Source: the human T2T-CHM13v2.0 reference genome, Homo sapiens. From it: 64,000 nt of DNA. Numbering within the stretch: position 1 is the stretch's first letter; the number at the start of each line of letters is the position of its first letter. This document shows positions 32,886 to 57,415 of the stretch, piece by piece. The stretch lies in assembly GCF_009914755.1 (NCBI RefSeq), contig NC_060943.1. One strand, 5' to 3'. A program made the position numbers and the translations under genes. The notes below the pieces were generated by a model, which did no database searches, had not been told where the DNA came from, and was given only the letters and a program-made list of their open reading frames with translations.

Positions 32886-34204
32886 ACATACCATAATCAA
32901 GTAATATTTTTTCACAAAATAAGTGTTGGCTTAATATTTAATAAATATTCTCTAACATATTACAAAATATTATTTGCCCCCATTTTCTGCATCTGCTCAC
33001 CCTGTTCAGAACCCAAGGTGCCATGCTGCTTCTGCATCTCTAAGAAGCCAGGTGCCCGACCATGAGAACTAGGAGGAAGGGAGTTGAAGGAGCCAGAATA
33101 GGAGGCGTGCTGTGGAAGCAGGAGTGACCAGACCTCCAGGCACAGGATACCCAGGACAGAGGGGACAGCAGGGCTGGGAGCTCCATGGGTCAGGCAATAA
33201 CAGGTGCCAGAAGTTGCCACCATTTCACACCTCAGGCAGGGGCACTGGGGCAAATCTGAAGGCACTCACGGACTGGGTGCTCCAGAAATGGACAAAGCAG
33301 TAGCTCCAGCTTGGCATTGCATGGCCATTATCATGACCAAACAATGGGGAGAAAAACTGACTCTCCAACAAATGGTTCAGAAAACTCAATATTTAAATTA
33401 AAAAAAAAAAAAAAAGCTTGGTCTCTTTCTCTGAACATTATACAGAAAAAGCCTATGTATGCAAAGCAGGAACTAGAAGTAATATTTGCACACCCATGGT
33501 TATAACAGTATTATAAGAGCCCCAATATATATATGACTGATGCTGCCATCTGTGTCCTCACAGTGATGCAATGACAGCATCCTGTGTACACACACAGAGC
33601 TAATACCATGAATTCACTCACTGAGCCCATGACTTAATCTGAAACCTAGACAACTGGTACTGAAATTCTCCCCGCTCAGTGAATCCATAGGGAATCACTT
33701 GACTTTAATATCTTGTTGGGTTTGGGTTTGCATGCAATAGCTTAAGAAGTCTTTTTTTTTTTTTTTTCTTTTTGCTATTTCATAGGACTTTTTCAGAATG
33801 TGGAAAACAAAAACAAATCCAGAAGACTTTCCCACTGTCTGCTACCTTTGCCCCAGACTATCTTAAACTTATATGCTTATATTTTATTAAACAAAACAGG
33901 TGCTCTCTACAATCTCTGTGATAATTATAAGGTATTTGAAGCAAGATATAAAGAGTGGTTTCATGTTTTAACTTAATCTTTTTTGAGGTTGGAATGGTTC
34001 ACTTTAATGAAAGATTTTTTGTTTTAATGTTCTCTGTTGTTTTAAAATGTGAACTTGTGCACACATGTGCAGACTCAATGTTCTTGCTAAAAACATAAAC
34101 TACATAATTAATATAAACAACATAATTAATACACATAATTAATAAATATATAAACAACATAATAAATAAATACTAATATAAAGATTCTTATAGTCACTAG
34201 GCCT

Positions 34205-34813
<609 letters not shown>

Positions 34814-35208
34814 ACCAGTCCGTGTTATTGTTAAGTGTCAGTGGGCATCAGTTGCTAAAGTTTGTAATACTTGCTGAGTCAGTTCAAGCCATATTTTGTC
34901 ATCTAATCTCTCATAAGCTGACCCCTTATTTTTGGCATTATTCCTGTTGATTCCTAGTGTTGACCATTGACCTCCACCTATTCAAACTTACTGTGGCCAG
35001 TGGACAGAAAGACATTCAGTGCTCTGGACATAGAGTGTTTCACTAATCTTACCTTCCATAATTCAGTCTATAGAAGATTAGAAATAAGGCTTCCTTCCTT
35101 ATTCAAGAGAATGCTTTCATGTGCACTCTTGATTTTCTGTCAGTAAGGGCAGATAAGTACACACAGTCTTCAGTCATATATATTAAAAAAAAAAAAAAAA
35201 AAACTAGA

Positions 35209-35902
<694 letters not shown>

Positions 35903-36841
35903 ATCTACAGTACTTTTTTAGAGTAAAACTTGAAATACATAATTATCTCGAGATTAACGTAGAATTTAATAGATTATCTAATAGTCCTGACTAATTTTAG
36001 TAGTTCTAGCTCTATTCTTACTGAATTTTATTACCTTATAGTCCCTAAATAAGCCAACTTTAAGAGAAATATAGTAAACTTCCTAGATTTTGAGAAATGT
36101 TTGAGTCATTACCTGATGCAAATAATAGACATAGACATGAACGAGTTACAAAAGAGGAATAATATTTTTGATGTGCATAAAAACTTTTTAAAACTGAATC
36201 TTTTAGTACTCTCTCTATGTAGATGAGTCTAGGAAACAGAATAGGAACTAATAAATTGCAATTTTCTGCAGTGGAAGATATCTGCAATCACTAGAAGCAA
36301 CTGAATCAGAAAAGCTGAAATGGCCTGCGGCAACCTCAGAAAGCAAAAAACAGGCTTGTGTGGACAGAATGCATACTCACTAATAGCAGAATGACAGAGA
36401 GATTACTTTTTAATGAATATCTGTGACATTAATTCTTTTGCATCAGAACTTGATTTTCATTCTAAACTTTCCCACTATGCAAACATGTATATACAAACAG
36501 GCACACACACATCCTCACATTCTTACACTCATGCAAATTCAACCAGATTTTCTGCAGCCAGGATATCTTTAAGTACACCAGATTAAACTAGATAATTTAG
36601 GGATTATCTGAACCCACCAGAGCAATTGCTTGTTTACTTTCTCTGTAAATGTAACATCAGTATTTCCTAGATGTCCCACTGATATCTTAATTACAACTTT
36701 CTGATAAACTACTAGTGAGAAAGAATTTGAAACAGACCCTTTTTCTAGACATATTTTATGACTCTAAAATTTATTTCTATTGTAGAATATAGAAGACATT
36801 AACTTATTTGGCAAAAAAGAATCACAAGTCACAAACTTGCA

Positions 36842-36903
36842 AAAATTAAATTAATGGTGCAGATAAAGTTGTAAAATTAAATTAATGATGCAGATAAAGT
36901 TGT
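36842..36903. repeat. 31-bp tandem duplication
   Basis: aaaattaaattaatg(g/a)tgcagataaagttgt x2, one mismatch. Confidence 0.9.
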
Positions 36904-37046
36904 TAAATATCTGAAATTACTAGAATTGAATTCCAGAAACCCCTGACATCTAAGTTAATATATCAAAAAGGTTAAATAATTTAAACAATTTATATTCCTG
37001 GATAACACCTTGATTTCTAGTGTCTTTAAATTATTAAAAACATTTC

Positions 37047-37357
<311 letters not shown>

Positions 37358-37860
37358 TACCATTTCTTTGTAAGTCTGGCTCTGTTTTCAAAGTGAATAT
37401 TGTTGTAAATCATTTATATTCTTCTCCTCAAATGCTTTACTTCCCATTTTTGTCTTAGGGAATCTGAGCATATCTTGAAAAAAAGGTCTATGGGAACAAT
37501 GACCCTACCAGAGGTTTCTTATGGTTTCGCACAGTTTTGTGATTAAGGAAGGGAATGATCTTAGCAAAATGGCAGAAACATTGACAATTCAAAACTGATA
37601 CTGAAAGGCATATTTCTAGGTGGAAATGCAAGACAGAAGTAGAATGATTGAGAATGTGGAAAACAGCACTTGCATAGAATGCTGTTTTGAGATTTAAGTG
37701 TAAAGAATTCCTGCTTTGAATCATTAAGGGATTTTTACGTTATTCATCTGGTGTAAAACACAACACAGATAAAGAGAGTCAGTAAATGGAAGGTTGTTTT
37801 TATTTTACCAAAATCTTATATTATTTTCTAATATTAATTTACTTAGTTCCTGACAACTAA

Positions 37861-38607
<747 letters not shown>

Positions 38608-39049
38608 TGTTACTGAACTCGATCCCTGGTGGACTGAAGAAAGGAGGGTGAATGTGGAAAGAAAGACAAAGACAAAAGAGTATGTTTGAAAGAAGGGGTC
38701 GGGGGCACCTTGTCTCTAGTAGACAAGGGCCCAGATTTTCCACAGCCCTTCGTATTTATTGGTAAAAGAGATAGTGAGAAGGGGGATGGAAGAAGAGGTC
38801 ATTTGCTCAGTCCAGAGTAGGCCTGCAAGACTGCATTCCTTGAACAATAGGCTCTAGATGTCCCAGTAGATAACCTCAAGGAGCCCAGTGCCAGGGAGTG
38901 ACCACCCTCAGCAAACCTTCTGGTGGCAGGCGCAGTTGTGAGTTTGCTCACATCCTCCATTCATGACAAACAGCTTGCTGTTTGATCATATGGCCTCTAG
39001 TGGAATGCTGAGTTGGTCACAATCCCTTTGGCCTTTTTGGCTCTCAACC
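38608..39049 (-). mobile_element. LTR3-family 3' LTR of HERV-K(HML6)
   Basis: About 440 bp; preceded on the minus strand by PPT aaagtgggaga; starts ggttgagagccaaaaaggccaaaggg, has AATAAA (38755-38760), ends ...gtaaca. Confidence 0.85.
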
Positions 39050-39069
39050 TCTCCCACTTTGTGTTTATG

Positions 39070-41380
<2,311 letters not shown>

Positions 41381-43837
41381 TCATGCACCTTGAGGGCATC
41401 CACACGGTTTGTCCATCTCCTGTAAAAACACGAGTATAACCTTGTCTTCTCATCAGTAAATCCACTGGATCTTTCCATTGTCCTTCTTCTGGGGATTTCC
41501 ATAAAACTTTTGGATAAACTTTCCTCTTTTCCTCTAACACTTGCCAATGTCTTTCTGCTGGAGCCTTACCATCTGTACCAGAAGTCAAAAAATTTAAAGT
41601 AAATAAGGCTAAATGTAGTTTTGACTGAGGTGGTAGTTGGCCTCCTATACCCCCTTTTTGTGTTTTCAACATGTGTTGTAATGTTTGATGTGCCCACTTT
41701 ATAATGCCTTGTCCTCTAGGATTATAAGGAATTCTTGTTTTATGGGTTATAGCCCAAAGCTGTAAGAAATTTTGAAAAGCATGACTAGTATAAGCAGGTC
41801 CATTGTCAGTTTTTAATTGTTTATGTATCCCCATATGAACAAAGGATGACAATGTCACTGTACATGACCAATTGTCTCACCTGTTTGGCATGTATCATGC
41901 AGCATATGAGAATAAGTGTCTATAGTCACAGAAATATAGCTAAGCTTACCAAAGTTTGCTATGTGTGTAACATCCATTTGCCAAATTTCATTTGGAGCCA
42001 AACATCATGGGTTACAGCCTTCTACAGGTGTGGCTCCGGGGACATGCTGGCAAATAGGACAGGCTTGTATTATAGCCCTAGCTTGGCTGCGAGATAAATG
42101 GAACATGTGAGTAAGGGCGGAAGTATTTTCGTGCAGTAGCGCTTGCTGAAACACAGAACCAATCAATTTATCTGCTTTATCATTTCCTAAGGATAATGGT
42201 CCAGGAAGTTGTGTGTGAGAACAAACATGAGAAATATGAAAAGGAGCTGCACAAGAATAAATATCATGTTGAAATCTTAAAAATAAATTAAGCAGTTCCA
42301 GGTCTAGTGTACTTTTAATTGTAGCAGTTTCTATGCAACTGGCTACATTTACAACATAAGCTGAATCACAGAAAATGTTGATAGGATCTGAAGCTGTGAG
42401 CTGTAAAACCTGAATGACTGCAATTAACTCTGAGCATTGAGCTGAAACCCCAGAGGTCATTAATGGTTCAGTATGTTTAGGTCCATAGACAGTGGCACAG
42501 CCTTTGGAACAGCCATCAGTAAAATAATTCTGGCCACCTGGAATAGGCTTGTGATGAGTAATCACAGGAAGAATGAAAGAATGCATTTTATAAAACTGCA
42601 AAATTTTGTCTGAGGGATAATGATTTTTCTATTATTCCCACAAAGTCTGCAAAAGCAATTTGCCATGCAATTGACATTTCCCAAGCTGTGGCCTGTTGCT
42701 GGGAGTCTAAAGGAACAATAATTTTGTCAGGGTGATATCCCGTAAGCATTTTTGACCTATGCCTGCCCCTAGTCACCATTTGTGTAATTAAAGAAAGATA
42801 AACTTGCAAGGTACTGATGGTTTGATTAGGTAGAAAGAGCCATTCTACTACTGTTACAGACTTGTCTATGAACTGGCCCAAAAGTCCTACTAGAGAGTGG
42901 GGGGTAGGAAGAATAAACAAAAGCAAAGGTTTTTGCAGTTGTAGCTGTGAGGCATGTCTCTGCTGTAACATTTGCTCTACAAGCCATAACTCAGCGTCTT
43001 GCCTCTTTAGTTAATTGCCTTGGGGAATTTAAAGAAGAATCTCCTTGCAGGGTTTGGTAAAGATGTGTAAGTTGATAGGTACCAATACCTAACATTGGGC
43101 ATAGCCAATTAATATCTCCTAATAATTGTTGAAAATCATTTAAAGTCTATAACCTGTCTTTACAAAGAACTACTTTCTGAGGCCATACACTCCTCTCTGT
43201 AACAATAGTTCCTAAGTATTGGTATGGAGAAGTTGTTCGTACCTTCTCTGGAGCAATTTTGAGATTCCAATTAACAAGAGCTCACTTTACTTCTCTGAAT
43301 AATTGATGCAATACTTGATCTGTAGGAGTGGCCAAAAGAATATCATCCATAAAATGAATGATGTAAGCAGTAGGAAACATATTCCGAGGCTCCTTTAATG
43401 CCTGTCCTACAAAATGCTGACATAGCACAGGACTGTTAAGCATGCCTTGGGGTAAAACTCTCCATTGATAATGAGAAACAGGTTCTCTTTGATTAATAGA
43501 AGGCACGGAGAAGGCAAATCGAGGCTTATCCTTCTCGTGTAAGTGTATGGTAAAGAAACAATCCTTAAGATACATTAATAGCCTCTGGAGATGGTACACC
43601 TTTCTGTAAGGTGCCCATCGGTTTAATTTTTGCATTAATAGTTCTCAAATCTTACAGCAGTCGCCATCTTCCGGACCTTTTTGGAATAAGGTCCTGTATC
43701 CAATTGTTCTTTTACTAGCTGCTGATGTTGCATCAGCTTCTCCTGAGATAGGGGCCATTGATCCACCCATATGGGTTTGTCACTAAGCCATTCTAATGGT
43801 AAAGCAGAGGGTGGAGGAGAAATATCAATGACCCCCA

Positions 43838-44693
43838 TCAGAAATCCTGACATTCTAGCCCTTTTCTATCTGGTTTTCCAGTTATTGATATCGGGTTAGG
43901 GTTTCCTTGTAGGAACCTCCCCAAACCTTTTCCTTTCTGATATCCCATGTTCTTCAACATTTTAAATCCTGGGTCATCAAAGTTTTCATTTGTAAGTCTC
44001 ATATCCCATGCTGTAAGTCTCAACCCCATAAATTGATAGCTATATTTGCAACATAGGGCTGAAAAGTACATGACTGTCCATCCAGACCAAGACAAGGTAA
44101 AATCTCAGCACTGTGTTGAACACTTTGAGCTGTTTCTACTCCCACTAGGGATGTAGAAGTTAATTGCAAGGGCCAGGATGGGAGCCATTTGTCTTTAGAT
44201 ATTACTGACACATCAGCTCCTGTAGCCATAAGCGCATAAAATTTATTTCCTTTAATTTATACTACACAGGTGAGTCTATTAGAGGCTAGGGTTGGCTTAG
44301 ATAGATTTCCCAGGTGATTGTGCTTCCCAAAACCTTTATTTCCTCATTTCTCCTTTCATGGAGAAGGGTGTAATTTATAGGGAATAAGCAATAATTGAGC
44401 AATATGTTCTCCTGGTTCAAAAGCCCAAAGATCTTGTGACATTAAAACTACTTGAATTTCTCCTTCATAATCAGAGTCAACAACTCCTGGGACTACACTA
44501 ATGCCCTGTAAGTTAAGACGGCTTTTGCCTAAAATTAGTCCCATGTATCCTGCTGGTAAAGGTCTCCAAATGCCAGTGGGATTCTTGGTGGGTTTGTCTT
44601 CCCCAACTAATGTAACCCTTTCTCTGGCCATGAGATCTAATCCTGCACTTCCTGGTGTTCCTGGGGTGAGGGAATCAATGTGCCTCCGGGAAC
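43838..44693 (-). pseudogene. HML6 pro (dUTPase, aspartic protease, G-patch), disrupted
   Basis: GSAGLDL, GVVDSDYEGEI, IAQLLL; LMATGADVSVI (catalytic D replaced by A); MLKNMGYQKGKGLG. Confidence 0.9.
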
Positions 44694-46800
<2,107 letters not shown>

Positions 46801-47246
46801 CAGAAGTGATGTGTTCTTCACTCTGTCTGGAATGCTCTTATCTGAAATACAGACATGGCTCTTTTATTTATTTTGGGTCACTGTTCAGATTTTCTGAGCC
46901 TGAGACTTTCATTTAGAAAATGACACACCACTATCACTCTCCAAGTCTTTTACTTTGCTTTTTGCTTTTCTTATATAATCATATGGGTGGGTGGTGTATA
47001 TATAGATATTTATTGTGTGTATATAAATTTATATATAAATATCTATATATACACACACACATATCAATTTGCTGTGGTTATTTATTTATATTCTTGTCAC
47101 CCCAAAATAAAAATTCTTTTTACTTAGAAACCTAAGTGTATTTTAATTTTGTTCTACCTATTCTGAAATCCTCAGCTCCCAAAATAACGCATGGTACACA
47201 GTAGGAGCTCAATAGACGAAAAAATCCAGTTTTGAATAAAATTATC

Positions 47247-47500
47247 ATAATCATTACAGAAGGTGAAGAGGCAGCAGGCATACTTCACTTGGCCAGAGCA
47301 AGAGGAAGAGAGTAGGGGGAGGGAGGTGCCACACACTTTCCAACAACTAGATCTTGAGATAACTCTATCTTGAGAACCGCACCAGAAGGAGAAATTCGCC
47401 TCCATGGTTCATTTACCTCCTAGCAGGCCCCACCTTAAACATTGGGGATTACAATTTGGCAAGAGATTTTGGCAGGGACACATATCCAAACCATATTACC
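47247..47500 (-). mobile_element. MST-type MaLR LTR fragment
   Basis: aggccccacctt.aacattggggattacaattt...ccaaaccatat. Confidence 0.75.
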
Positions 47501-47960
47501 ATCAAATATAAAAGGTAGAATACATTTACTTTTAGATATCCAAGGTCTTTAAAAATGTACCTAACATGCACACTCTCTGGATACCAGGATGCAAACTGTC
47601 TGTGGAATCAGCAAGCAAAACAAGAGCAGAACCAAACAGAAGGAGACTCAGAGACAGGGAAGCCATTTGAGGGAGTAAGGAGGGGAGGCTTAGGTCACAG
47701 CTTTACACTCTTCAGAGAGAAACCAAATCAGAGGAGGAAGAAGGCAGGCTGCAGGAGAGACATCTGCAGGGAAAGAAAAAATGTAACCCAGAGATAATTT
47801 AAAGTGCTATAAACAAATGAAAAACAATTTTGGGGCAAGTGTAAGCTAAGTGGTAGTATTTTAGCAAAACTTAGCAATAGGCAAAAAGAAAATCAAACTA
47901 ATATAAAGTGAAATAACTATTTAATTCAAGAAATAAATTTGTATTAAAAAGGTAATAAAA

Positions 47961-48300
<340 letters not shown>

Positions 48301-48978
48301 TTAGTAAATAATATTTGATTAATCACCTTACAGCATTCGCTGACTACAAGTTTAGGTAAAAATAATGTTATTAGTATTCTGAATTGCTAGAATGGTGGGG
48401 AAGGGCAGTTAACAGAAAAGTGGTTTCCAAGTATCTCTCAGTATTAAAGGGCAGTTTTTAGAGTTTATATGGTTTAAGGTCAAATAGATGAGGAAAAAAT
48501 TAACTGAAAGAAGGAGAAAAACTAAACTTTACAAAAAAAACTCTTCATATTTATTATCTTCATTAAAATAATAATTTTCTCAAGGATAAATCTCAAGAAT
48601 TAGCAAATTGAGGGTCCCAAAAGTAACAGATGCTGTGGAACTGGATGCTCTAAAACCAAGTATAACAAAATCTCAGGAAAATAAGCTTCTCAACGAAAAA
48701 CTTGATTTCACATGCAAGCCAACTAGAAAAAAAGAAAATACAGCTTTTTACCATCAACTGAAAGGACTAATAAGGAGGGGAACAAAGAAAAACTACTTTA
48801 TATGTCTGCTAGTTTATGTACCTAAAAAGTAGAGATTAGGGATTAATTTCATCATATTGTTTACAAAAATTTGTAATTCGGCTGGGTGCGGTGGCTCACG
48901 TCTGCAATCCCAGTACTTTGGGAGAAAAAAATATTAAAACTTCTGTTACTGCAAACCTATGAATTTTGTACAAATCTA

Positions 48979-49305
<327 letters not shown>

Positions 49306-50245
49306 TCATTTATCTTGATTATATCTGCTTAGCATAATACCAATATTTACTATATAATATATTTAGGCCTATTTCCACAAATATTATTTGGGGTATCTCT
49401 TATTATAAAGTCTATGAACACAGTAGAAGACAATGAAAATGTTTATTCACTGAGTGTTACAGTATTTCAGGTATCTTTACCTAGAGTATTAAACCTAATA
49501 TTTCTAAACCAAAATCCAATCTATAAAAAATCAACTTAAAATTTTTTTTAGATTTTGATGAAAATATAATCCTGGAATATATTGCTAGGAACATTATGCA
49601 GATGTAGCAAATATTTGTTGAGCTGAATTAAAGTCTCCAAGCCTATAATTTTAAATTTTTCTTGATGCAATTTCAAAAATTTCCTAAGGCTATAAGAACT
49701 TAGTCATACATACAGAAAATATTGATTTCAATAGGTAAGGTGTGGCCTCAGGCAGGCAAAGCTCAAATTATTTTTGAAAAGTTTTCTAATTCTTTTTAAC
49801 ATTTTTATATTATTTTAAATGTTCTACTTTTTGTAATTTGTTTTTTGATTCCTTCTTTGCTACATAAATGAAAAGTAACACACAAACCATTTCTGAAATC
49901 TTCAAAAAAGCTTTGGATAGAAAATCTGGAGATTATTCTGGCTTTTTTAGTGTAGACATCTTTGAAAGTTTTCAAATTGAAGAAATATACAAATAGAAAT
50001 ATTCTATTAAATAGGATACATGATACTGTCTATAGAATAATTACCTTGGCTTTAGTTTTTGTAGCTAATAATTTTTAAGATTACTTCCCCTACATTTTAT
50101 TACTTCGGCTAGAAATCTTGTTTATTTAAGTTATTGTTAGCTTAGTCAAACTTCAAACTGTAATATTGGAATTAACAGAGCATTGTCAGAATTCTGCAAA
50201 AAGTCATCTGTATATTCTCAAGTTTTTATATCATAGAAAGGCCTT

Positions 50246-50563
<318 letters not shown>

Positions 50564-51076
50564 CTAGGTGTTTCTAGCCAAATTCAGATTAAATTGGCTA
50601 ATAATGTCTTTCAAATTGTTGTACCATGCTCCAATATTGAAGTATAACTTCTAGAAACAAATGAAAAACAAGTTGTTTTCAAATTATATGTTCTTAGTTA
50701 CACTGTAACACAGTATGAAGCCTTGAAAATATCTGAAGAGAGAAAATGGAATCAGCAATGATCCAGCTGTGACCTCACTACTTAGTAATTGTGCTTTTAG
50801 CCAACTTATTTACTTATCTCTGAACTGAGCACATTTCTGGCAAGGTGGTACTAATCACTGATCAAAACTACCTTAAAAAAAATTCAGAAATCTCAGGGTA
50901 TCCAGAGAAAATAGAGCAGGTGCTCTGAATAGTCACCATTAACATTTCACTTTGTTTCAGTATCTATTTACTATCACTTAAGTACATACAAAGAATACAA
51001 GAAAATTGCCCATTTCTCATTTTTAATGCTAACCCTAAAACAATAAGGCTTTTGCAGCTTGAAATTAACAGATTCT

Positions 51077-51400
<324 letters not shown>

Positions 51401-51817
51401 ATTAACAGCTTCTCACTGGTCCTTCAACAGAAGGTTAAATGATGATGGAGTCAGCTGCAATGGAAAACACTCCAAATTTTCCATGGTAAACAAATCTGGC
51501 CTCAGTTCTTGCAGTTCCCAAATTCACAGTTCTTTTGGGATATGTTGATGCATGAGCTGCAAAAGATAAAACATTCCACACCAGAAGATTTTGTTTATAA
51601 AAACTTATTCCCATCTAATAATTTTAGGAGATATAAACACAGCAATGTTAATGACTACCTATTAATTGTTAATTCTTGGAGAAAAATTGACAGTTATTTC
51701 TGAAAACATGAAAAGCTTCATATAATAATTAGAACCTTACATGTGAAATTCTATTTATTATGGAGAAGTTAATAACTAATATGTTACCAGCAATAAAATA
51801 TAAATCATTTCTCACTG

Positions 51818-52470
51818 TGTTACCAATGGCCAGTCCGCACAGGTTTGCAGTGATTTTGGTTTTTGTCTTCTCAAAAGAAAGTATCTAGCCAAGAGACAAA
51901 AAGCAAATTTGAAGCAAAAGTTGGACTTTATTGAAAGAAAGCAAAGTAGCTTTGGAAAGGGACCAAATGGGTGACTTAGAGATCAAGTGCCCTACCTGGC
52001 CCTTGGCTCCAGTTTCTTACACATTCACTTATTTTCTAGTATTATGGACTCCTCCCCTGGTCCCTTTGGCATGATTAATGCCTCACTGTTGCTTGTGCGG
52101 TACTTGCCAGCAGTAGGGAAGTCGTCTGCATGCTTCATGAGTGTTCTGAGGTTCTATGCTTGCTCTATTGGAGATATTATTTTTACCAGTTGAGCACCTC
52201 CAGAGAAAGGCATATATTGGTTAAACTCCACTATTTTGCCTCTCACTGTCCATGCTTGGATGGTCTTGCCAAATTTTTGAGATTTTATTAAGTTGTTGCC
52301 CAAGCACTCAAAATGTTTTCTATTTGTTAGAAGGGTGCCCCTACTTGTCACCAGCTGAGACCACTTATCAATCCTGAGGTGACCACCTGATAATCACTTG
52401 ACATTCCTGGGGCACATTCCCAGGGCCTCTACCTTACCCAACTCATCACTATCTGACTACCTGCTCTAAC
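51818..52470 (-). mobile_element. Solo ERV1 LTR (MER50-like)
   Basis: tgttacc...gacttagagatcaagtgc...cttgacattcctgg...ctacctgctctaac; family tentative. Confidence 0.55.
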
Positions 52471-52950
52471 TGGGTAATTGGATATTCTATTGCCTGTGAA
52501 ACTTTTGGTATCTAAAACTTTTACCAGTCAATATATACAGCCCATCAACTTTCTTCACTTTAATTGTAATATGAGTTTCATTTTCTTTTGCTGATACAGT
52601 AGTTAAGATTTTATTTTATACTTACTCATTTATTAATTTTGAAAGCATTATAATTAAAATAAAATTTATATGGCTGCCATCTAATATGTTTGTAGATGTT
52701 AGCCAAAAGTCTGGCACGGGAAAAGAAGGAGAAAAAAAAGTAGCAGGAGGGAGTTTTTATCTTTCTAAATGATTATATGTGCCTCCTAAAAGGTGTTTAC
52801 CTATAAATTATAGGTGGTGGCAGCAGTAGCAGACAAAGGTGTGGTATGCAGCCCTTGATCATTTCAATGCTGCTCCTGTTGAGCCCATGGCAACCCAGCC
52901 CTGTGTGTAGCCCTCATCCTGCACTATGTCATCACATCCCCCCTGCTGGC

Positions 52951-53667
52951 ATGGGCACATGAGCCTCAGGCAGACCGCAGGTGCGGGGCCTGAGCTGGCC
53001 TCTCCTGCTGTTGCTACTGCTGCTGCTTGAGCTGCTGGCCTCAGGAGTGCAGGAAACATGGGGTCACTGGGGAACTGAGAACAGCCACACTGGCATAGTC
53101 GACACCTTTTGCTGGAGCATCCATAGCCTGTTGTGAAAAGGCAATATCTGCTGCTCAAAAGATCTTGACCTGGCTCACCAAGAAGTTTGTGTTGGGAGTA
53201 CATATGTTTCTACAGACATTGTGGAGAGTCTAGTAAGAGGTTTTGGATGTTCTTGGACTTGACATCTCCAACCTGTCCCAGCATTGCAACCCAGCCTCAG
53301 TGGCCAGCAGCCTAGCCTAGGCCCTTCTTTTGGTCAGTGCCAGCTGCTTGGCCTACTGATTCTAGTTTCTGACCCTGGACATAACCTTCAAAGCACTGCA
53401 TCTGGTGTTCAGCACTTCTTCTGGATCGTGTGGACCATCCTGTTCTCCAGGTCCTGCAAGCACATTCTGCACAAGGATAAGGGTGAGGAATGAGGTGCTC
53501 CCTGTGCTTCACAGTAAAGTCCACCTTATGACCTGGCCCATGGGCTTTTACAGGCATGGCAGCTCTACTGTAAATAAGAAGCTGGAGCACCTGAGAACAA
53601 GGTCAGACTTTTCAACATTTGCCTCAACAGGGGGCTAAAAATTCTCCACTGCTCCAAAGAAGCGTAA
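52951..53667 (+). pseudogene. BRI3BPP1: Processed pseudogene of BRI3-binding protein (CDS remnant; UTR-derived sequence probably extends from about 52815 to beyond 54 kb)
   Basis: Intronless, decayed match to BRI3BP: Leu-rich signal region, KFVLGVHMF, VLDVLGLDISNLSQ, FFWIVWTILFS, LMTWPMGFY, KKLEHL; many stops and frameshifts. Symbol from memory. Confidence 0.85.
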
Positions 53668-53694
53668 AGGTTAGCCAACCATAAGTGCCAGTTT

Positions 53695-55082
<1,388 letters not shown>

Positions 55083-56064
55083 TTAGTTCGTGAATGTTGT
55101 CATTTCTAAATGTGGACAGTTGGGCTGGAGGATTAAACTCAACCTCTTTTGAATTCTGGTGGCCCTCTGCCAACACTCCATCATTCAGATTTCTAAATGA
55201 AACAATTATTTTTAGAAGACCTAAGATTTTTTTCCCTCTGTACTTTGATGTATTTTAACCTCAATATTTTGAATAGGAAAAGGAATGGAAGAGATGCCAA
55301 GGGGTTTGATGCCAAGAGCTATCTGGGTAACCGCTGAAGATCATTCAAGACTCAATTTAAAGTCCAAATGTTACTGCTAGCCAGCTAGGCCTATATACAA
55401 AAGCTATATCCTGGAAGGCTTTTTGTTGGTTTCATTTTGGTTTTGGTTAATGCGGGACATTAGAAGGAAAACAAACAGTAGTGGCTAATGACATTCTCAA
55501 ATCTATTGCTGCTTAGAAAGCATTCTCACGAACAGTAAGCAGCAACAGACAAGCCTTGGAGAAAATCTGAATGGTTTTCTTTGAAATACTTATAGTAGGG
55601 TTGTTAGGTGCTTTTTCTGAGGCCTATTCTGCTCTCATTTTAGGTGGCCTCTATCAGCAGAGACTGAGACATACATAGTGGACAGCTGTGAGGACCCTGG
55701 GCAAGGGAGATTCAGAAGGCATGGGTCAGGGACTGGTGGAAACACTAGTCTGCTAGAACTCATTAGGAAGTGAAGCCCAGCATTTGCATAATGCAGCTGT
55801 GAAGGCGTCTGGTGATCATAAATGTCTCCATGGCCCTTCTCAGCCCACCAATGTGCTCCAGCAGCCACTCACACAGCCCTGCATGCAGGTTTGTAGGTAG
55901 TCCTGCCAGATCTGCTAGAATCAAGACCTTATAGTCCAGGTCTCAGTTTGAAGAAAACAGCTGTCTACCCACTCTTGTGAAAAGATTCTGTGAAATTTAA
56001 CTTTGCATTGCAAGTGTTTGGGAAACAGGTGTAGATTTCTTTGAGGATGCTTACAAAACTACAG

Positions 56065-56752
<688 letters not shown>

Positions 56753-57415
56753 CTAGTATTTACCTGAACTAATTAGCTCAATAAATTTACATATGTCAAT
56801 TATAGAAAGTGAAATGAACAATAGCTAAAGTAGGTTTATATAGAAGTCTCCAATTAAATAAACAAAATCGAATATCCTAACTCAATATAACTTAAAACAC
56901 TAATTGTGGAATTGCACCTAAAAATTATTTTGTGTGCACAACTAAATTTCATAAAAATCATTCTTATAATCCCCAGTGAGCTTACATAATACCTCATAAA
57001 CTATAAAAGAAAAAATAATAAAAAAGAAAATTATGGGTCTAGCATGAGTACCAAGCAAGTAAAAAAAAAGTTTGCATGGGGAGATTCTGAACCATAAACC
57101 ATAAGATCTTACAGTAATGAATTCAATAGAAAGCAGACAGTATAGATTTCCTTTCAGCATTTTTGAGGTTTTTAGTTTTCTAGTAAATTAGTCACCTTAT
57201 TAAAATTACTTGTTTTGCTTCAATATTGATTTTTTCTTCCTAAAATAGGTAGACACTCATACAAGAACAGTTACTTACTCCATAATTTTCTTACACCTAA
57301 GGTTTATCTTTAGAGTAATGTATGTGTATATTTAACCCTATGTAAGTCAAAACTAAAACTCTGTATGTGTTTCAGGCAGAGCGGCCACATAGTCAAAGAA
57401 AAATATATACCAATG

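Noticed and set aside
34095-34185. AT-rich acataattaata repeats; also (CA)n at 9098 and 26843 and (TA)n at 45291
   Set aside because: Ordinary low-complexity or microsatellite DNA
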